A stretch of DNA of 64,000 nucleotides from an uncultured Aquimonas sp. (GCA_964536455.1 CAZHXV010000001.1:1760-65759), one strand, 5' to 3'. Shown: positions 39,301 to 48,640, counted from the stretch's first letter. The notes: generated from the sequence alone by a model not told the origin. Numbers and translations are program-made.

Positions 39301-40369
39301 GCTTGCCGACCGTGGCGATGGCATCAGAGAGCGACAGATTCGCCGCTGCCCACGCCGCGCTGGTGGTGGTCGCCGCCGTGACGGCAGCGGCACCGGCGGT
39401 TTGCCACGCGATGATCAGCGCCGGGATCATCCGGTAGATCAGGATGGCAAGGCCCACTTCTGCCAGCCGCGTGAGCCACTGCATCACCGTGTCGAGGTTT
39501 TCCGACAGCCACGTCAGGGCTTCGGCCAGTTTCTTGGTGAAGCCGGTGGATTCGTCCACGCGGCTGATCCACTGGCCAAAGGCGTTCGACAGGCGGGTGA
39601 AGGCGGCGCTGACGGTCTGCGGCAGCTGCGAATACTCAGCAGCCAGCACATCCTTCTGACTCATCAGCGCGTCGATCACCACATCGGCGGTGAGTCGGCC
39701 TTCCTCGGCCAGTTTCCGCAAGCGGCCAATCGGCACGTTCAGGCCATCGGCCAGCGCCTTGGCGAGGCGTGGACTGTTCTCGACGACGGAGTTGAACTCC
39801 TCGCCGCGCAACACGCCCGCCGACAGTGCCTGCCCGAACTGCAACAGCGCCGACTGTGATTCCGAAGCCGATGCGCCGGAAATCCGCAGGGCTTGGGAAA
39901 TCGACTCGGTGAGATCGAGGGCTTCGCGCTGCTCGCCGCCCAGTTGCCGCACCGCCTGCTGCAGCTTGCCGTAGAGCGTGGCGGTTTCGTTGATCGGCAC
40001 GCCGATGCGCTGGGCGATGGCGAACAGTTCCTTCTGCGCCACCGTGAGCTCGTTGGAACCGGCGGTGGCCAGCTTCAGGCGCGCGGACATCATCGCCCAG
40101 GCATCGGCCACCTGTATCAGCTCGCGCACCTTGTCTGCCGCCCACCTGATCGTGAGAAAGGCGAGCAGTTGCGTCTTGGCGCTGCTGATCGAGTCGGTGA
40201 AGGCATTCATGCCTGCCTTCACCTCGGCCATGCCCGCAGCGGCCTTGTCGCCTGCGGTCTTGGCGCTGGACGACAGCTCGCCCAGACTGCGCTCGGCAGA
40301 AGTAATCGCGCGCTTGAGTCCGTCGTCTGCGCCATCGAGCGCGACGAGGATGGAGATGCGTTTGGCCAC
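36308..40369 (-). CDS. Tail tape measure protein
   Basis: 1353 aa; QFGQALSAGVLRGEEFNSV.E tape-measure domain, TMs, long Ala/Gln coiled coil, FAxGG motifs. Confidence 0.93.
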   Translation of the reverse strand: MAKRISILVALDGADDGLKRAITSAERSLGELSSSAKTAGDKAAAGMAEVKAGMNAFTDSISSAKTQLLAFLTIRWAADKVRELIQVADAWAMMSARLKLATAGSNELTVAQKELFAIAQRIGVPINETATLYGKLQQAVRQLGGEQREALDLTESISQALRISGASASESQSALLQFGQALSAGVLRGEEFNSVVENSPRLAKALADGLNVPIGRLRKLAEEGRLTADVVIDALMSQKDVLAAEYSQLPQTVSAAFTRLSNAFGQWISRVDESTGFTKKLAEALTWLSENLDTVMQWLTRLAEVGLAILIYRMIPALIIAWQTAGAAAVTAATTTSAAWAAANLSLSDAIATVGKLRVAFAVLAAAVIGWEIGTWLREKFAIVRVAGVAMVHVLMRGIEELQYQWESFAAIFTGDTMAAASERHRQRLAEMNQIFAEMYADAQAGTEGAKAAMNTAATAAEEIARRMEAVRQGTQEAVGRGIEAVHGAVEKLKSRLGEVEQAAGKASGTVNDAVSKMGEAYKGLSGLIGAELQTQITAVKARYAAEQAELTTTRQSERDQMAQATQLLTDALKQQASLRQQATTQVLALIEQESQARRDAAARQGATEEERRANVQRVENDILATKRQTLTQALGDYRQHIDALNAEANRHLAEIQRIEHAKRQLTMTTEERIRDIRRQTMSDYEATEDRKRQIAELQQKARAALAVGEFEQSRQFAQKAMDLAVQVANTQSSEAKRGEQARQQSEQTFSQIVQLESQARQANHRREFDTEAQLLQQAGDLRAQMASKAREADRQIRDGKNGVRQSIDEIRESESLLNDALDAEARAHRSAADAATSARNSIQRTLSDTQSQIDDLTAKLRDGFKITLDANTERFDKALDALDASLREKEYLIQIQADIEEAETRLREYEQLLKEGKTLPVDADFTQAQQALDRLKAYAVEHSQFDLKVSTEKAEAAVTNVERQIASLNDLQTQSRHLVEHNADAARAQVMSLNGANTSSTHTIYVTKVETNATGGVVGASVARFADGGNVASPLASLRFPRMTGGTVPGSGDGDTVPRALDAGAFVIRKAAVRKYGIGALARLGKVARFAEGGSTLQGSASEGAMPKLPWQKGYEPPKRNKDVVEALKLVELGYQGMMTYVSYQLAHNGLAFSPSFRFNTERHYGKQKGVDTEYLRPLESTKTLTGVEQSTVGLIKNRWRSAMAQALLTGKDLERELISYMESLDGQFFARGGVAASDTVPALLTPGEYVINRATVQRLGVGFFEAINRMAAPAKALAGRTLAGVQGFATGGFVQAAGVAIPRPALVTDGAPTRTVRVELAAGGQKVTATLDARDESRLLTLLDAARARTI

Positions 40370-40375
40370 GGGAGA

Positions 40376-41020
40376 TCAGTCGAGGGTGTCGAGGTGTTTC
40401 TGGATCGACGCCGCCAGTCGCGGAATGCGGCTGGCGACGAGCTTTTCGATGTCGAGGCGCTTTTTCAAGGAGACGCGCGTCACCAACACGGCGATGGGAA
40501 TGTCCGCACCGCGCTTGAGTTTCTTGATGCCGGAATCCTTGCGGTAACGGCGCTTGAAACCGGACAGCACGCGGTCGTTTTCGGGAATGTTCTCGGCCAT
40601 CAGCACGATGTTTCCGCGCTGGTTCTTGATGAAGTAGGCGTTGCCCGAACGGATCAGTTCGGCGATCTGGCGCTTGAACAGTTTTCGCCCCACACGCCCG
40701 TGCAGCGGAATCAGCATCCGGCCTTGGATCGTGCCGCCTTTCTCGTGCATGCCCGCCCACGCAATGCCCGAACCCACATACAGCGCGGGTAGCCGGTTCT
40801 TGTCCTTGTCCAGCACCTTGGCAGTGAAGCCCTTCACGAAGGATTTTTTCGCCACGGTGAGCTTGCTGCCGACATGCGTGCGCACGTCGGCTTTCAGTTC
40901 GGCGGCTTCTTCCTTGATGCCGCGTGCCGCCGCCTTGTGCGCCTTCTCCCGAATCTCGCCGCCCCAACGGCGCAGGTGTGCCAGCGCCGCAGGACTATCG
41001 AGGCGGATCGAGATGCGCAT
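40376..41020 (-). CDS. DUF6441-like basic phage protein (tail completion-like)
   Basis: 214-aa Lys/Arg-rich ORF between chaperone and tape measure genes. Confidence 0.7.
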   Translation of the reverse strand: MRISIRLDSPAALAHLRRWGGEIREKAHKAAARGIKEEAAELKADVRTHVGSKLTVAKKSFVKGFTAKVLDKDKNRLPALYVGSGIAWAGMHEKGGTIQGRMLIPLHGRVGRKLFKRQIAELIRSGNAYFIKNQRGNIVLMAENIPENDRVLSGFKRRYRKDSGIKKLKRGADIPIAVLVTRVSLKKRLDIEKLVASRIPRLAASIQKHLDTLD

Positions 41021-41288
41021 GGGAGGAGAGCCGGTCGAGGGTTTTGTCGAGGTGTCGGGCATCGCCGCGTGTGCCCAGTGCAATCAGGGACAGCAGCCGT
41101 GCATCGCGGGCGGCATCCTCACGCCCGGCAGCGGCGAGATAGCCGCGCACCTGCGCCAGGGTGTAGTCCGCGACGTCGGCGTGGCGGTGGCCGTGGCCGA
41201 TCAGGGTTTGGAGGACATCGAACCAGCCGGTGTCGCGTGTTCGATCTGCGCGAACAGACCGGACAGCTTGGGCATCACGCTCCGGGTA
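40995..41288 (-). CDS. Tail assembly chaperone frameshift extension (gpGT-like T segment)
   Basis: -1 frame open for 98 codons from T-TTT-TTT: YPERDAQ...GWFDVLQTLIGHGH...DYTLAQVRGYL...PPR*. Confidence 0.75.
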   Translation of the reverse strand, partial: YPERDAQAVRSVRADRTRDTGWFDVLQTLIGHGHRHADVADYTLAQVRGYLAAAGREDAARDARLLSLIALGTRGDARHLDKTLDRLSSHAHLDPPR

Positions 41289-41587
41289 AAAAAATCGGCG
41301 TTGACCTCGATCACCTTGGCGGCAAGCAGCACCGCCTCGTCAGGGTTCAGGTCATCCACCCAATCGCGCGGTTTGCCAACCGCAATGGCGATGGCCGACA
41401 GCAGCGCGCCACCGTGTTCGCCGAACACGGTGAGCCAGTCGATGTCACCGGACAGGTGCGGCATCACCGGGGATATCGCCCGTAGGAAGGTGGGCAGTTG
41501 CCCGACCTTCAAGGGTTTCACGGTGAGGGCTTCGCCCGCGACCGACAGATCTGCACCTTGCGGAAAGACGGATTCAAGATCGTTCAT
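41201..41587 (-). CDS. Tail assembly chaperone (gpG-like)
   Basis: Follows major tail gene; contains VIEVNADFF at the slippery site. Confidence 0.8.
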   Translation of the reverse strand: MNDLESVFPQGADLSVAGEALTVKPLKVGQLPTFLRAISPVMPHLSGDIDWLTVFGEHGGALLSAIAIAVGKPRDWVDDLNPDEAVLLAAKVIEVNADFFTRSVMPKLSGLFAQIEHATPAGSMSSKP

Positions 41588-41595
41588 CGTCGGCC

Positions 41596-42348
41596 TCACA
41601 ACTGCACGATGCGGCCGAACTGGCCAAGCACCGCATCAAACGGTTTCGTGGTGTCGGCCAGAAGCGAGCCTTCCAGCTCGAACTTGTTGTATTCGTCCGA
41701 GATGAAGCTGATTTCCTTCAGGGGATCGAAGGCGACGCGGTACAGCTCGACCAGAACCTTGGCGTTGTTCTGCGCGGTATTGATGCCTTCCAATCGCAGG
41801 AAGCGTTCCGGCAAGGCCTGCGTGAAGATGCCGATTTCCGTTGCCGTGCCGAAGGTGTAGCTGGCCTTGAACGGCGCGGTGAAACCGGACACATCCAGAA
41901 ACTGCACCGCCCCGAAATCCGTATCGACCGTGTAGTGCGTACCGAGCGTGAGCGTGGCGGGTGTGCCAGCGGAGTCGGTCAGCACCAACGCATCCACCTT
42001 CGGGTGCGCGAGGAAGTAGCGGTCACCGACTGTGGGTACTGCGCCGCCGATGGGTTCATCGGTTACGGAACCGCCCGCGCCGGTGACATGGTTGCCGTAG
42101 AGGGCAAGCGCGAGGTTTTCCTTGGTGAACTCCTCGATGGTGAGGTTCACTGTGGCGGACTTCTGCTTGACCATGCGGTGGTCGAGCGAGCGCTGGCCGG
42201 TCTGCGACTCGAAGTGTTCGAGCACATCGGTTTTCAGCGAGAGCTTCAATTCGGCGACGTTGCCGGGCGAGCGCACTTCCTGCGGGTTGCCGCCCGCATC
42301 GCGCTTGCCCAGATAGACGCGGCCCTGGAACGAGGCGTAGGTACTCAT
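41596..42348 (-). CDS. Major tail (tube) protein
   Basis: YASFQGRVY, GNVAELKL, ELEGSLLAD; position in operon. Confidence 0.8.
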   Translation of the reverse strand: MSTYASFQGRVYLGKRDAGGNPQEVRSPGNVAELKLSLKTDVLEHFESQTGQRSLDHRMVKQKSATVNLTIEEFTKENLALALYGNHVTGAGGSVTDEPIGGAVPTVGDRYFLAHPKVDALVLTDSAGTPATLTLGTHYTVDTDFGAVQFLDVSGFTAPFKASYTFGTATEIGIFTQALPERFLRLEGINTAQNNAKVLVELYRVAFDPLKEISFISDEYNKFELEGSLLADTTKPFDAVLGQFGRIVQL

Positions 42349-42593
42349 GGTTTGTTGTCCTTGATATGACGTTGTGTGGTGGTGGATTTGGGCGAGGGCG
42401 TGGACGTGGAGGCATCGGTGCCGCCGTCCTCATGGCGCTGCCGTGCATCGGACGAAGAAGCGTCCTCAGCAGCACGCGCAATGCCGTGGTCGATCAGCCA
42501 GTGCGCGGTGGGTGCGGGCAGGTCGAGCCGGTCACCGGTGGAATACGCCTTGCCCGCATGGGTATGGGGGCGCAGCAGGATCAGTGGTTTCAT
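42345..42593 (-). CDS. Small phage structural-region protein
   Basis: L.RPHTHAGK.Y..GD.L......A.WLI..G.A motif. Confidence 0.65.
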   Translation of the reverse strand: MKPLILLRPHTHAGKAYSTGDRLDLPAPTAHWLIDHGIARAAEDASSSDARQRHEDGGTDASTSTPSPKSTTTQRHIKDNKP

Positions 42594-42597
42594 GGAT

Positions 42598-43044
42598 TCA
42601 GCCTTGTTGGGAAAGGTCGTTTGCGAAGGTTCGGTAGGTGATGGCGTAGCGCGCCGGGAGCGTGGCGACGAGCTCGTCGGCCTCCTCAATCTCGAAGTCG
42701 CATTCCAGTTCGCGGATGCCCAGCGCCAGTTCGCCGAGCGTCACGTCGGCCATCAGCGCCGCGTGGGCGGCGGTGAGAATCCGGTCGGCCTCACCTTCCG
42801 GCGTGGCCGGAGGCATGGCACGGGCGAGTGCGGTGAGCCGGATCGTGAGCAGGCGCGACACCCGGTCGTTGGCGCGTTCGGTGATGGCATCGGTTTCCGG
42901 GAACACGACCAGCGCCGGGCACTGCTCGCGGGCGAGCGCGACCGTGGGCGAGCGGTGCAGGCTCGCACCCAAGCCGGTGACGGAATCGCGCACGGCATCA
43001 AGTACCGCGAGCAAAATCCGCTCGCGGATCGAGTTGGCGGACAT
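42598..43044 (-). CDS. Tail terminator-like protein
   Basis: SIRERIL, PALVV, Y.ITYRT; synteny. Confidence 0.7.
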   Translation of the reverse strand: MSANSIRERILLAVLDAVRDSVTGLGASLHRSPTVALAREQCPALVVFPETDAITERANDRVSRLLTIRLTALARAMPPATPEGEADRILTAAHAALMADVTLGELALGIRELECDFEIEEADELVATLPARYAITYRTFANDLSQQG

Positions 43045-43047
43045 GGA

Positions 43048-43350
43048 TCACACCCGCGAAAGCCGCGCGCGACGTTCGGAACCGTCACCGACGGCGCGCA
43101 GGTCGCGTACCTGAAACATCACACTGCCGATCTCCACGCCGTCGCGTACCGCGATGCCGGTAAACACCGAGGCTGGAAACGCCATCTCGAAATCCGTACC
43201 CACGGCCAAGCCATCGAGCAGGGTGTTGTCCGGTGCGGTGAATCCGACGTGCGCGGCAACGGGCGCAGAACCGTCCGCCGGTTGCCAGCGGGCGAGTTTC
43301 AGCAAACCGGCATTGGCGGCGGCGACATAGATCGCTTCGACGTAGCCCAT
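43048..43350 (-). CDS. Head-tail joining (gpFII-like) protein
   Basis: 100 aa directly after capsid gene; ends GDGSE.RA.L. Confidence 0.7.
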   Translation of the reverse strand: MGYVEAIYVAAANAGLLKLARWQPADGSAPVAAHVGFTAPDNTLLDGLAVGTDFEMAFPASVFTGIAVRDGVEIGSVMFQVRDLRAVGDGSERRARLSRV

Positions 43351-43352
43351 CG

Positions 43353-44366
43353 TCAGGCCGAGGTGAGCTTGATCAGCACGCCCGGACGGTGGCACATCGG
43401 CAGCGGGTTCGATTGCGTGTGCAGATCGGTGCCCCGGTCGAACTTGCGCGGTTCCTGCTTGGCGTACAGCGGCTTGCCGAGCGTGTTCACCGTTTCGTTG
43501 AAGTCGGCAGGCGCGAAGTAGGTGGCGAAGGTGTCGATGGTGCCGGTCGGGAAGGCGTGCGCCTCGCCCTCGGCGATGAACTCGCGCACGTTCTTGGTCT
43601 TGCCGACCTTGTGAACGGCCTTACCGCGATATTCCTCGAACGTGACGCCGCCGTAGGTGAAGCCGCTGCGCATGTCGTTGATCAGCACCAAGCCGTTCTG
43701 CCACTGCGCGTAGGCCGTTTTCACGGTGGGGTGCGTGGTGAGCTTCTGGAAGAACTCCTTGGAACACAGGACATGGACGCCGGTGGAGAACTCGCCATCC
43801 AGCGCATCTTCGACAGCGGCTGCCGTTTCGATGCACGCGCTCTTGATGTCGCCCTTGTCGTTCGAGAACGGAAAGTCGATTTCGATCTGGTCGATCTCGA
43901 ACTCGCGGAACAGATCGACCAGGGTCGAGCCATCGGCGTCGAGAATCTTGCCCTTCAGCGCGCCGATGCGCAGGTGTTCCAGCGTGATCGCGTGCTTGTT
44001 CCGCATCGTTTCCAGATGGCGCGCGATGACATTGGACAGCGAGTCCGGCTCGAACTCCGAGCCGAACGAACGCAAGCCCTGGACTTCTTCCGGAAGCACC
44101 ACATCATCGTGCGGGATATGCGGCACCACGAACGAGCGCAGTTTGCGCGTGCCGCGTTCGCCGACCGTACCGGGCGAACCGGGCGGCTGCGTCGGCAGCA
44201 GGTTCAGAACGCCCTCGTATTCCTCCACGATCACGGTGCGCTGGCGCACTGGCTTGGCGGGGAAAAGGTTGAGCTTTTCCAGCCGCCCGTAGCGGTTCGG
44301 CAGAATATTGATCGCCTGCGTCAGCGAGGCAAGATTGAAGGACGGATTGTCGAAGGGGTTCAGCAT
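43353..44366 (-). CDS. Major capsid protein (lambda gpE-like)
   Basis: SLT.AIN..P, TLEHLRIGALKG.ILDADG, YFAPADF.ETVNT.G.P, TQSNPLP. Confidence 0.93.
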   Translation of the reverse strand: MLNPFDNPSFNLASLTQAINILPNRYGRLEKLNLFPAKPVRQRTVIVEEYEGVLNLLPTQPPGSPGTVGERGTRKLRSFVVPHIPHDDVVLPEEVQGLRSFGSEFEPDSLSNVIARHLETMRNKHAITLEHLRIGALKGKILDADGSTLVDLFREFEIDQIEIDFPFSNDKGDIKSACIETAAAVEDALDGEFSTGVHVLCSKEFFQKLTTHPTVKTAYAQWQNGLVLINDMRSGFTYGGVTFEEYRGKAVHKVGKTKNVREFIAEGEAHAFPTGTIDTFATYFAPADFNETVNTLGKPLYAKQEPRKFDRGTDLHTQSNPLPMCHRPGVLIKLTSA

Positions 44367-44367
44367 G

Positions 44368-44745
44368 TCAGGCTCCTTGACGGACGAGCACGCCCAGCGC
44401 CTTGAGCTGCGCGAGTGCGGTGAGTTGTTCGGCGGCGGTGATGCCGTCCGGCCAGTGCAGGGCGTGGCTACTGAGGATGGCGTGGCGCGCGACGATCAGG
44501 CCGTCATCGCGGTCGATGAGCGTCGCGTCGCAGGCTTGCAGCAGCACGCCCGCCGCGACCTGGCGGCCATCGCTGGCGGTGGGGTCGAGCTGCGCCACCT
44601 TGTTGGTCGCGGTGATGACGCCGACCACGGTGCCCAGCGGCAGGTGTTCCCCTGCGGCAACCGTCATGCGGTCGCGCGAGAACAGATGGGATTCCTCGAA
44701 CTTGAGCAGGTCGCCCAAGTTGAGCGGTTCGGTGATGGATGCCAT
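44368..44745 (-). CDS. Head decoration protein (gpD-like)
   Basis: LGTVVG..T, DP.A.DG...A.GVL, L.WP.G. Confidence 0.85.
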   Translation of the reverse strand: MASITEPLNLGDLLKFEESHLFSRDRMTVAAGEHLPLGTVVGVITATNKVAQLDPTASDGRQVAAGVLLQACDATLIDRDDGLIVARHAILSSHALHWPDGITAAEQLTALAQLKALGVLVRQGA

Positions 44746-44746
44746 A

Positions 44747-45979
44747 TCAGACCTCCTTGCCCGCGAGCTTCCTGGCCGCGTCGATCAGCGGATTGCGCGT
44801 CGTGGCGCTGGCCGAGGGCGAGATGTGGCTGGCGATTTCCGGGCTGTCCTCGGCGAGAGTCGAGAGCAGTTGGCGGCGCACGGTGGCGGGCGCGGTCTGA
44901 GTTTCGAGGAACCCGGCAATCAGGTGGGAGCGATTGGCGAGCGTGCAGATCTGCGCGATCTCCAGCGCCTCGGTGGCACCGAACGCGGACGTGGCCGACA
45001 GGTTCGGCGCTGGCATGGCCGGGGCCAGCGGCGCGGAGGGAATGGCGTCATCGGCCGCCGCAGCGGCCACGACAGGAGCATCTTCAGCGGTCATGGAGGT
45101 TTCCTTGGAAGTGGAACGAGCAAATCCCGCCGCGCGCAGTGCGCTCGCCGGGGGTGAAACGTGAGAGATGAGTTGCGCCAGCGCGGTGTCGAAGGAACCG
45201 GTGTCATCGGCCAGGTGTGCGGTGATGGCGTCCTGGCCGAAGAACAGACCGGCTTCGGTGGCACGCACGGCTTCGGTGGAAATCCCGCGATGGCGAGCAA
45301 CGGTGTCCACGAACAGGCCGTAAACGCGCTCGACCTCGCGCGCGAGCACGGCGCGGGCTTCGTCCGTGATCGGTTCGTGCGGGGAGAGATCGTTCTTGCG
45401 TGCCCCGGCGAACACAGAGGTGTAGCGGACGCCGTCCTTGGCATCCTTGGCGGAGGAGTCGGCGTGCAGTGCAATCACGCCAATCGAACCGACGCCGCCG
45501 GTACGCGGCACGAACAGGCGGGTTGCGGCACTGGCCAGCGCGTAGGCGGCGGAAAACGCCTGATCGTTGGCGACGGCCCACACCGGTTTCGTATGTGTCG
45601 CGGCACGAATGCGGTCGGCCAGGTCGAATACGCCGCCGGATTCGCCGCCCGGTGAATCCACATCCAGCAAGATGCCGCGAATGGCCGGATCGGCGACGGC
45701 GGCGTCGATCTGAGCGGCCAGCGCCGCGTAGCTGGTCAAACCAGACGCCGCCTCCAGCCCCACCGTGCGGCGAACCAGCGTGCCGTGGACGGGAATGACC
45801 GCCACGGGCGAGGTGTTCGCCACCTCGGCACGCACGGTGGGCGACGGCGGTAAGGGCGCAGCAAGATCGGGAACGCCGATGCGCGCGCCGAGCACGGACA
45901 CGATCACATCGAGTTTGGGGCGATGAATCGCCAGCGGCACGCCAAACAGGCGCGCGGCCAAGTGCGGCAGCACGGTCAT
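44747..45979 (-). CDS. S49 capsid maturation protease/scaffold (gpC-like)
   Basis: DVDSPGGE, AFSAAY.LAS, GSIGV; Ala/Pro-rich C-terminal scaffold with a possible internal start (AAGGAA-N5-ATG near 45094). Confidence 0.92.
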   Translation of the reverse strand: MTVLPHLAARLFGVPLAIHRPKLDVIVSVLGARIGVPDLAAPLPPSPTVRAEVANTSPVAVIPVHGTLVRRTVGLEAASGLTSYAALAAQIDAAVADPAIRGILLDVDSPGGESGGVFDLADRIRAATHTKPVWAVANDQAFSAAYALASAATRLFVPRTGGVGSIGVIALHADSSAKDAKDGVRYTSVFAGARKNDLSPHEPITDEARAVLAREVERVYGLFVDTVARHRGISTEAVRATEAGLFFGQDAITAHLADDTGSFDTALAQLISHVSPPASALRAAGFARSTSKETSMTAEDAPVVAAAAADDAIPSAPLAPAMPAPNLSATSAFGATEALEIAQICTLANRSHLIAGFLETQTAPATVRRQLLSTLAEDSPEIASHISPSASATTRNPLIDAARKLAGKEV

Positions 45980-46001
45980 GGGGTTCCTTCAGGGAGTTGA
46001 A

Positions 46002-47501
46002 TCAGGCGTCGTCGGCGAGGGTCGGCGCGACGGCGTTGCGATTGGGTTCGGCGGCACCGCCGTCCTTGCTGGTGTAGCGCGGGTCAGAATCGAAGATCAG
46101 GCCCAAGTCGTCGGCACGCGCGTTGTCAGCGGCGATCTCGCGGTCGATGTCCTCGGCGTCGTAGCCGTTGCCGGAAATCGCTTCCGAGCGTGACATCAAA
46201 CCGGCACGGATCGCCAGCAGCATCGCCTTGTATTCCTTCTCAGGATCGACCCACTGCCAGCCCTGTGGAATCCACTTCACCGACAGGTATTGGCGGCGAC
46301 GCGCCATGCCGCCACGCGAGAAACCGGGAGCGTCCAGCGCGCCGGACAACACCGCCTGTTTCATCCACGCGCCCCAGATCGGTCGACACATCTGGTGAAC
46401 CAGTACGGCGTGCTGCACCATCTCGCAGCGCCGCCGAAACTCCAGCATGCCTGCGCGGATCGAGGAGTAGTTGACCCCGGTGAGGTCGCCGGTGAGCTGT
46501 TCGTAGGTGATGCCCACCGCCGCCGCCACGGCACGGAACTGCGTGCGCAGGAATTCCGAATAGGAGGAGCCGACATCGGCGGGATCGGAGAACTTGATGT
46601 CCTCGCCCGGTTCGAGGATTTGCAACGTGCCCGGTTCCAAGGACGCCATCGCCACGCCGTCCGCGTCCGCATTGCCTTCGCCCAGCAGGGAATCCTCCGG
46701 GTTCTGGCGGGTAACAAATCCTGCGAACATCGCGGCGGTTTTCTTGCGTACCAGTTCTGCGTCGTCGTACTGATCCAGTTCGTTCAACTTGACCAGTGCC
46801 CGCGACAGCCACGGTTCGCCACGAATCTGGCCGGGGCGCAGCACGCGGTACAGGTGCGCGATTTCCTTGGCATCGACACGCACGGTGTCGAGACCGCCTT
46901 GTCCCGACATCGGCGCAAGCCTGCCGTCATCGGGATGCGCCCGGTACAGGTGATAGGCCACGCGCCGTCCGAGGCCATCGAACTCGATGCCAGAGCGCAC
47001 CACGTTGCCGTTCGGCAAATCGGTGTTGAGGTGCATGGGGAGGTGTTCGGGTTCGAGCACCTGTATCTGCAACGGCACGGCGAGGCCATCCTCCTCGCGG
47101 CGCGGACGCAAGCGGATCAGGCATTCGCCGCCTTCGAGCATCGCGCGGCAGGCCAAGGCCTGAAGGCCGTAGAAATCGGTTTGTCCCGACGCATCGGCAT
47201 CGTCCGTCCAGTCGCGCCAGAGCGTCTGCACGCTGGCGCGGAAGGTGTCGTCCGGCGCGAGCGATTGGGGCTTGATGCCGGTGCCGACTGCGTTCGCCAC
47301 GAAGGCTTCCAGCGCCGACTGCGCCCAGGCATTGCGCCGAACCAGATCACGGCTCTTGATCCGCAGATCGACGCCGGTCGCCAGCATCGCTGCGACCGCA
47401 CCGGGATTGCCCGGCATCCACGCCAGCGAGCGTCGGCCACGACCGGCAGCCTCATGCACCGGCAGGCCGAACATCGCCCGCAGTTTGGGAAGGAAGGCCA
47501 T
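46002..47501 (-). CDS. Portal protein, lambda family
   Basis: SRDLVRRN, RPGQIRG.PW, NYSSIRAG..E, WVDPEKE. Confidence 0.95.
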   Translation of the reverse strand: MAFLPKLRAMFGLPVHEAAGRGRRSLAWMPGNPGAVAAMLATGVDLRIKSRDLVRRNAWAQSALEAFVANAVGTGIKPQSLAPDDTFRASVQTLWRDWTDDADASGQTDFYGLQALACRAMLEGGECLIRLRPRREEDGLAVPLQIQVLEPEHLPMHLNTDLPNGNVVRSGIEFDGLGRRVAYHLYRAHPDDGRLAPMSGQGGLDTVRVDAKEIAHLYRVLRPGQIRGEPWLSRALVKLNELDQYDDAELVRKKTAAMFAGFVTRQNPEDSLLGEGNADADGVAMASLEPGTLQILEPGEDIKFSDPADVGSSYSEFLRTQFRAVAAAVGITYEQLTGDLTGVNYSSIRAGMLEFRRRCEMVQHAVLVHQMCRPIWGAWMKQAVLSGALDAPGFSRGGMARRRQYLSVKWIPQGWQWVDPEKEYKAMLLAIRAGLMSRSEAISGNGYDAEDIDREIAADNARADDLGLIFDSDPRYTSKDGGAAEPNRNAVAPTLADDA

Positions 47502-47502
47502 C

Positions 47503-47724
47503 TCAGAATCCCTTGTGCGTGTTCACGCGAATCTGGCGCGGTGGCCCCGACCACAGGCCGGTGGCGGTCGCCTGTTCGGACAGGCCGCGCTTGACCTCGC
47601 GGATGGCCGATTTGAGGTCTTCGACCGAACGGTATTCGACCGTGTTGCCGCCGAAGGACACGCGCGATTCGCCCTTGGCGAGCGCGGTTTCCAGCGCGAC
47701 GAGTTGTTCTTCGGTGTAGGCCAT
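47503..47724 (-). CDS. Head-tail adaptor (gpW-like)
   Basis: 73 aa; L..A.A.G...V.F....VEYRS..DL. Confidence 0.85.
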   Translation of the reverse strand: MAYTEEQLVALETALAKGESRVSFGGNTVEYRSVEDLKSAIREVKRGLSEQATATGLWSGPPRQIRVNTHKGF

Positions 47725-48116
47725 CAGCGGTACACCACGACATTGATCTCGGCAGAATCGGTGAACGTGGATGCAGCGGTGGCGCAGCTCACGTCCACGT
47801 AGCGGTTGGTTTTTTCATCCTCGGTGGCGCGCACGATGGCAAGGCGCTGCTGGCCGCGCTCGACGCTGCTGCGCGCTAACGCCGTCCAGCAGTAATCGGC
47901 ATCGGGCAGGCGCGTGGCGAACCAGATGCGGTAGCGGCCTTGCGCGGTGCGGGTGACGCGCATGACGCGGTAGCTGGCCCGGATCACGACTTCCCCACGC
48001 GACACGCCAAAGCACACCCACGCCTTTGCCGCTGCGGGATGCGTGGCGTCGAGCTTCGACGCCAGCACCCGACCGATGCGGATCGCCAGATCCGCGATGC
48101 GATCCACCAGGGCCAT
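47724..48116 (-). CDS. Fibre tip-like hypothetical protein
   Basis: AKAWV.F...IRASY.V..V.R...G.Y.I.F......DY motif. Confidence 0.6.
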   Translation of the reverse strand: MALVDRIADLAIRIGRVLASKLDATHPAAAKAWVCFGVSRGEVVIRASYRVMRVTRTAQGRYRIWFATRLPDADYCWTALARSSVERGQQRLAIVRATEDEKTNRYVDVSCATAASTFTDSAEINVVVYR

Positions 48117-48119
48117 GAC

Positions 48120-48611
48120 TCAGCCCAGCGCCGTCTCGAAGATGGCCTCGAAATCGGTGTCGGTATCACCGACCGCCGAGGTCGCCACCGCACCGACGTT
48201 GTCGCGCGCCTGCGCCTGTTCCTCGGTGGTCAGTGACTGCACAGCATCAAACCGCACGCGGTTGTTGACGGCGGTCAGCAGCGCGTCGAGGCCGGTGGTG
48301 CCGCTGGACAGCAGTTCCTGAATCTCCAGCAGGGTGTCGTAGGCGGCATCCGCACCGCCGAGGATGTCGGCCTTCAGCGCATCGAGCAGGCCGACGATCT
48401 TGTTGGAGGAATAGGTGGTGCTGGCGGAGATCGTCTCGTCATCGATGCCGGTGGAGGCGACGACGGTAGACTGCAATTCATTGATCGCCGCGACCAGATT
48501 GCTCTTGTTGGCGGTGGACAGATCGGTGAGGCGTCCGGTGACGCTGCGGACGCTGGAAAACTCCTGTGCGACGCGGATGACGAGACTTTCGATACGGGAA
48601 GCCAGACTCAT
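48120..48611 (-). CDS. Fibre/whisker-like helical protein
   Basis: LST.NK.NLVAAINEL and GA.AAYDTL.EI motifs; AAGGAG RBS. Confidence 0.65.
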   Translation of the reverse strand: MSLASRIESLVIRVAQEFSSVRSVTGRLTDLSTANKSNLVAAINELQSTVVASTGIDDETISASTTYSSNKIVGLLDALKADILGGADAAYDTLLEIQELLSSGTTGLDALLTAVNNRVRFDAVQSLTTEEQAQARDNVGAVATSAVGDTDTDFEAIFETALG

Positions 48612-48640
48612 GAAACACTCCTTGAGGATGAGAAAAACAT

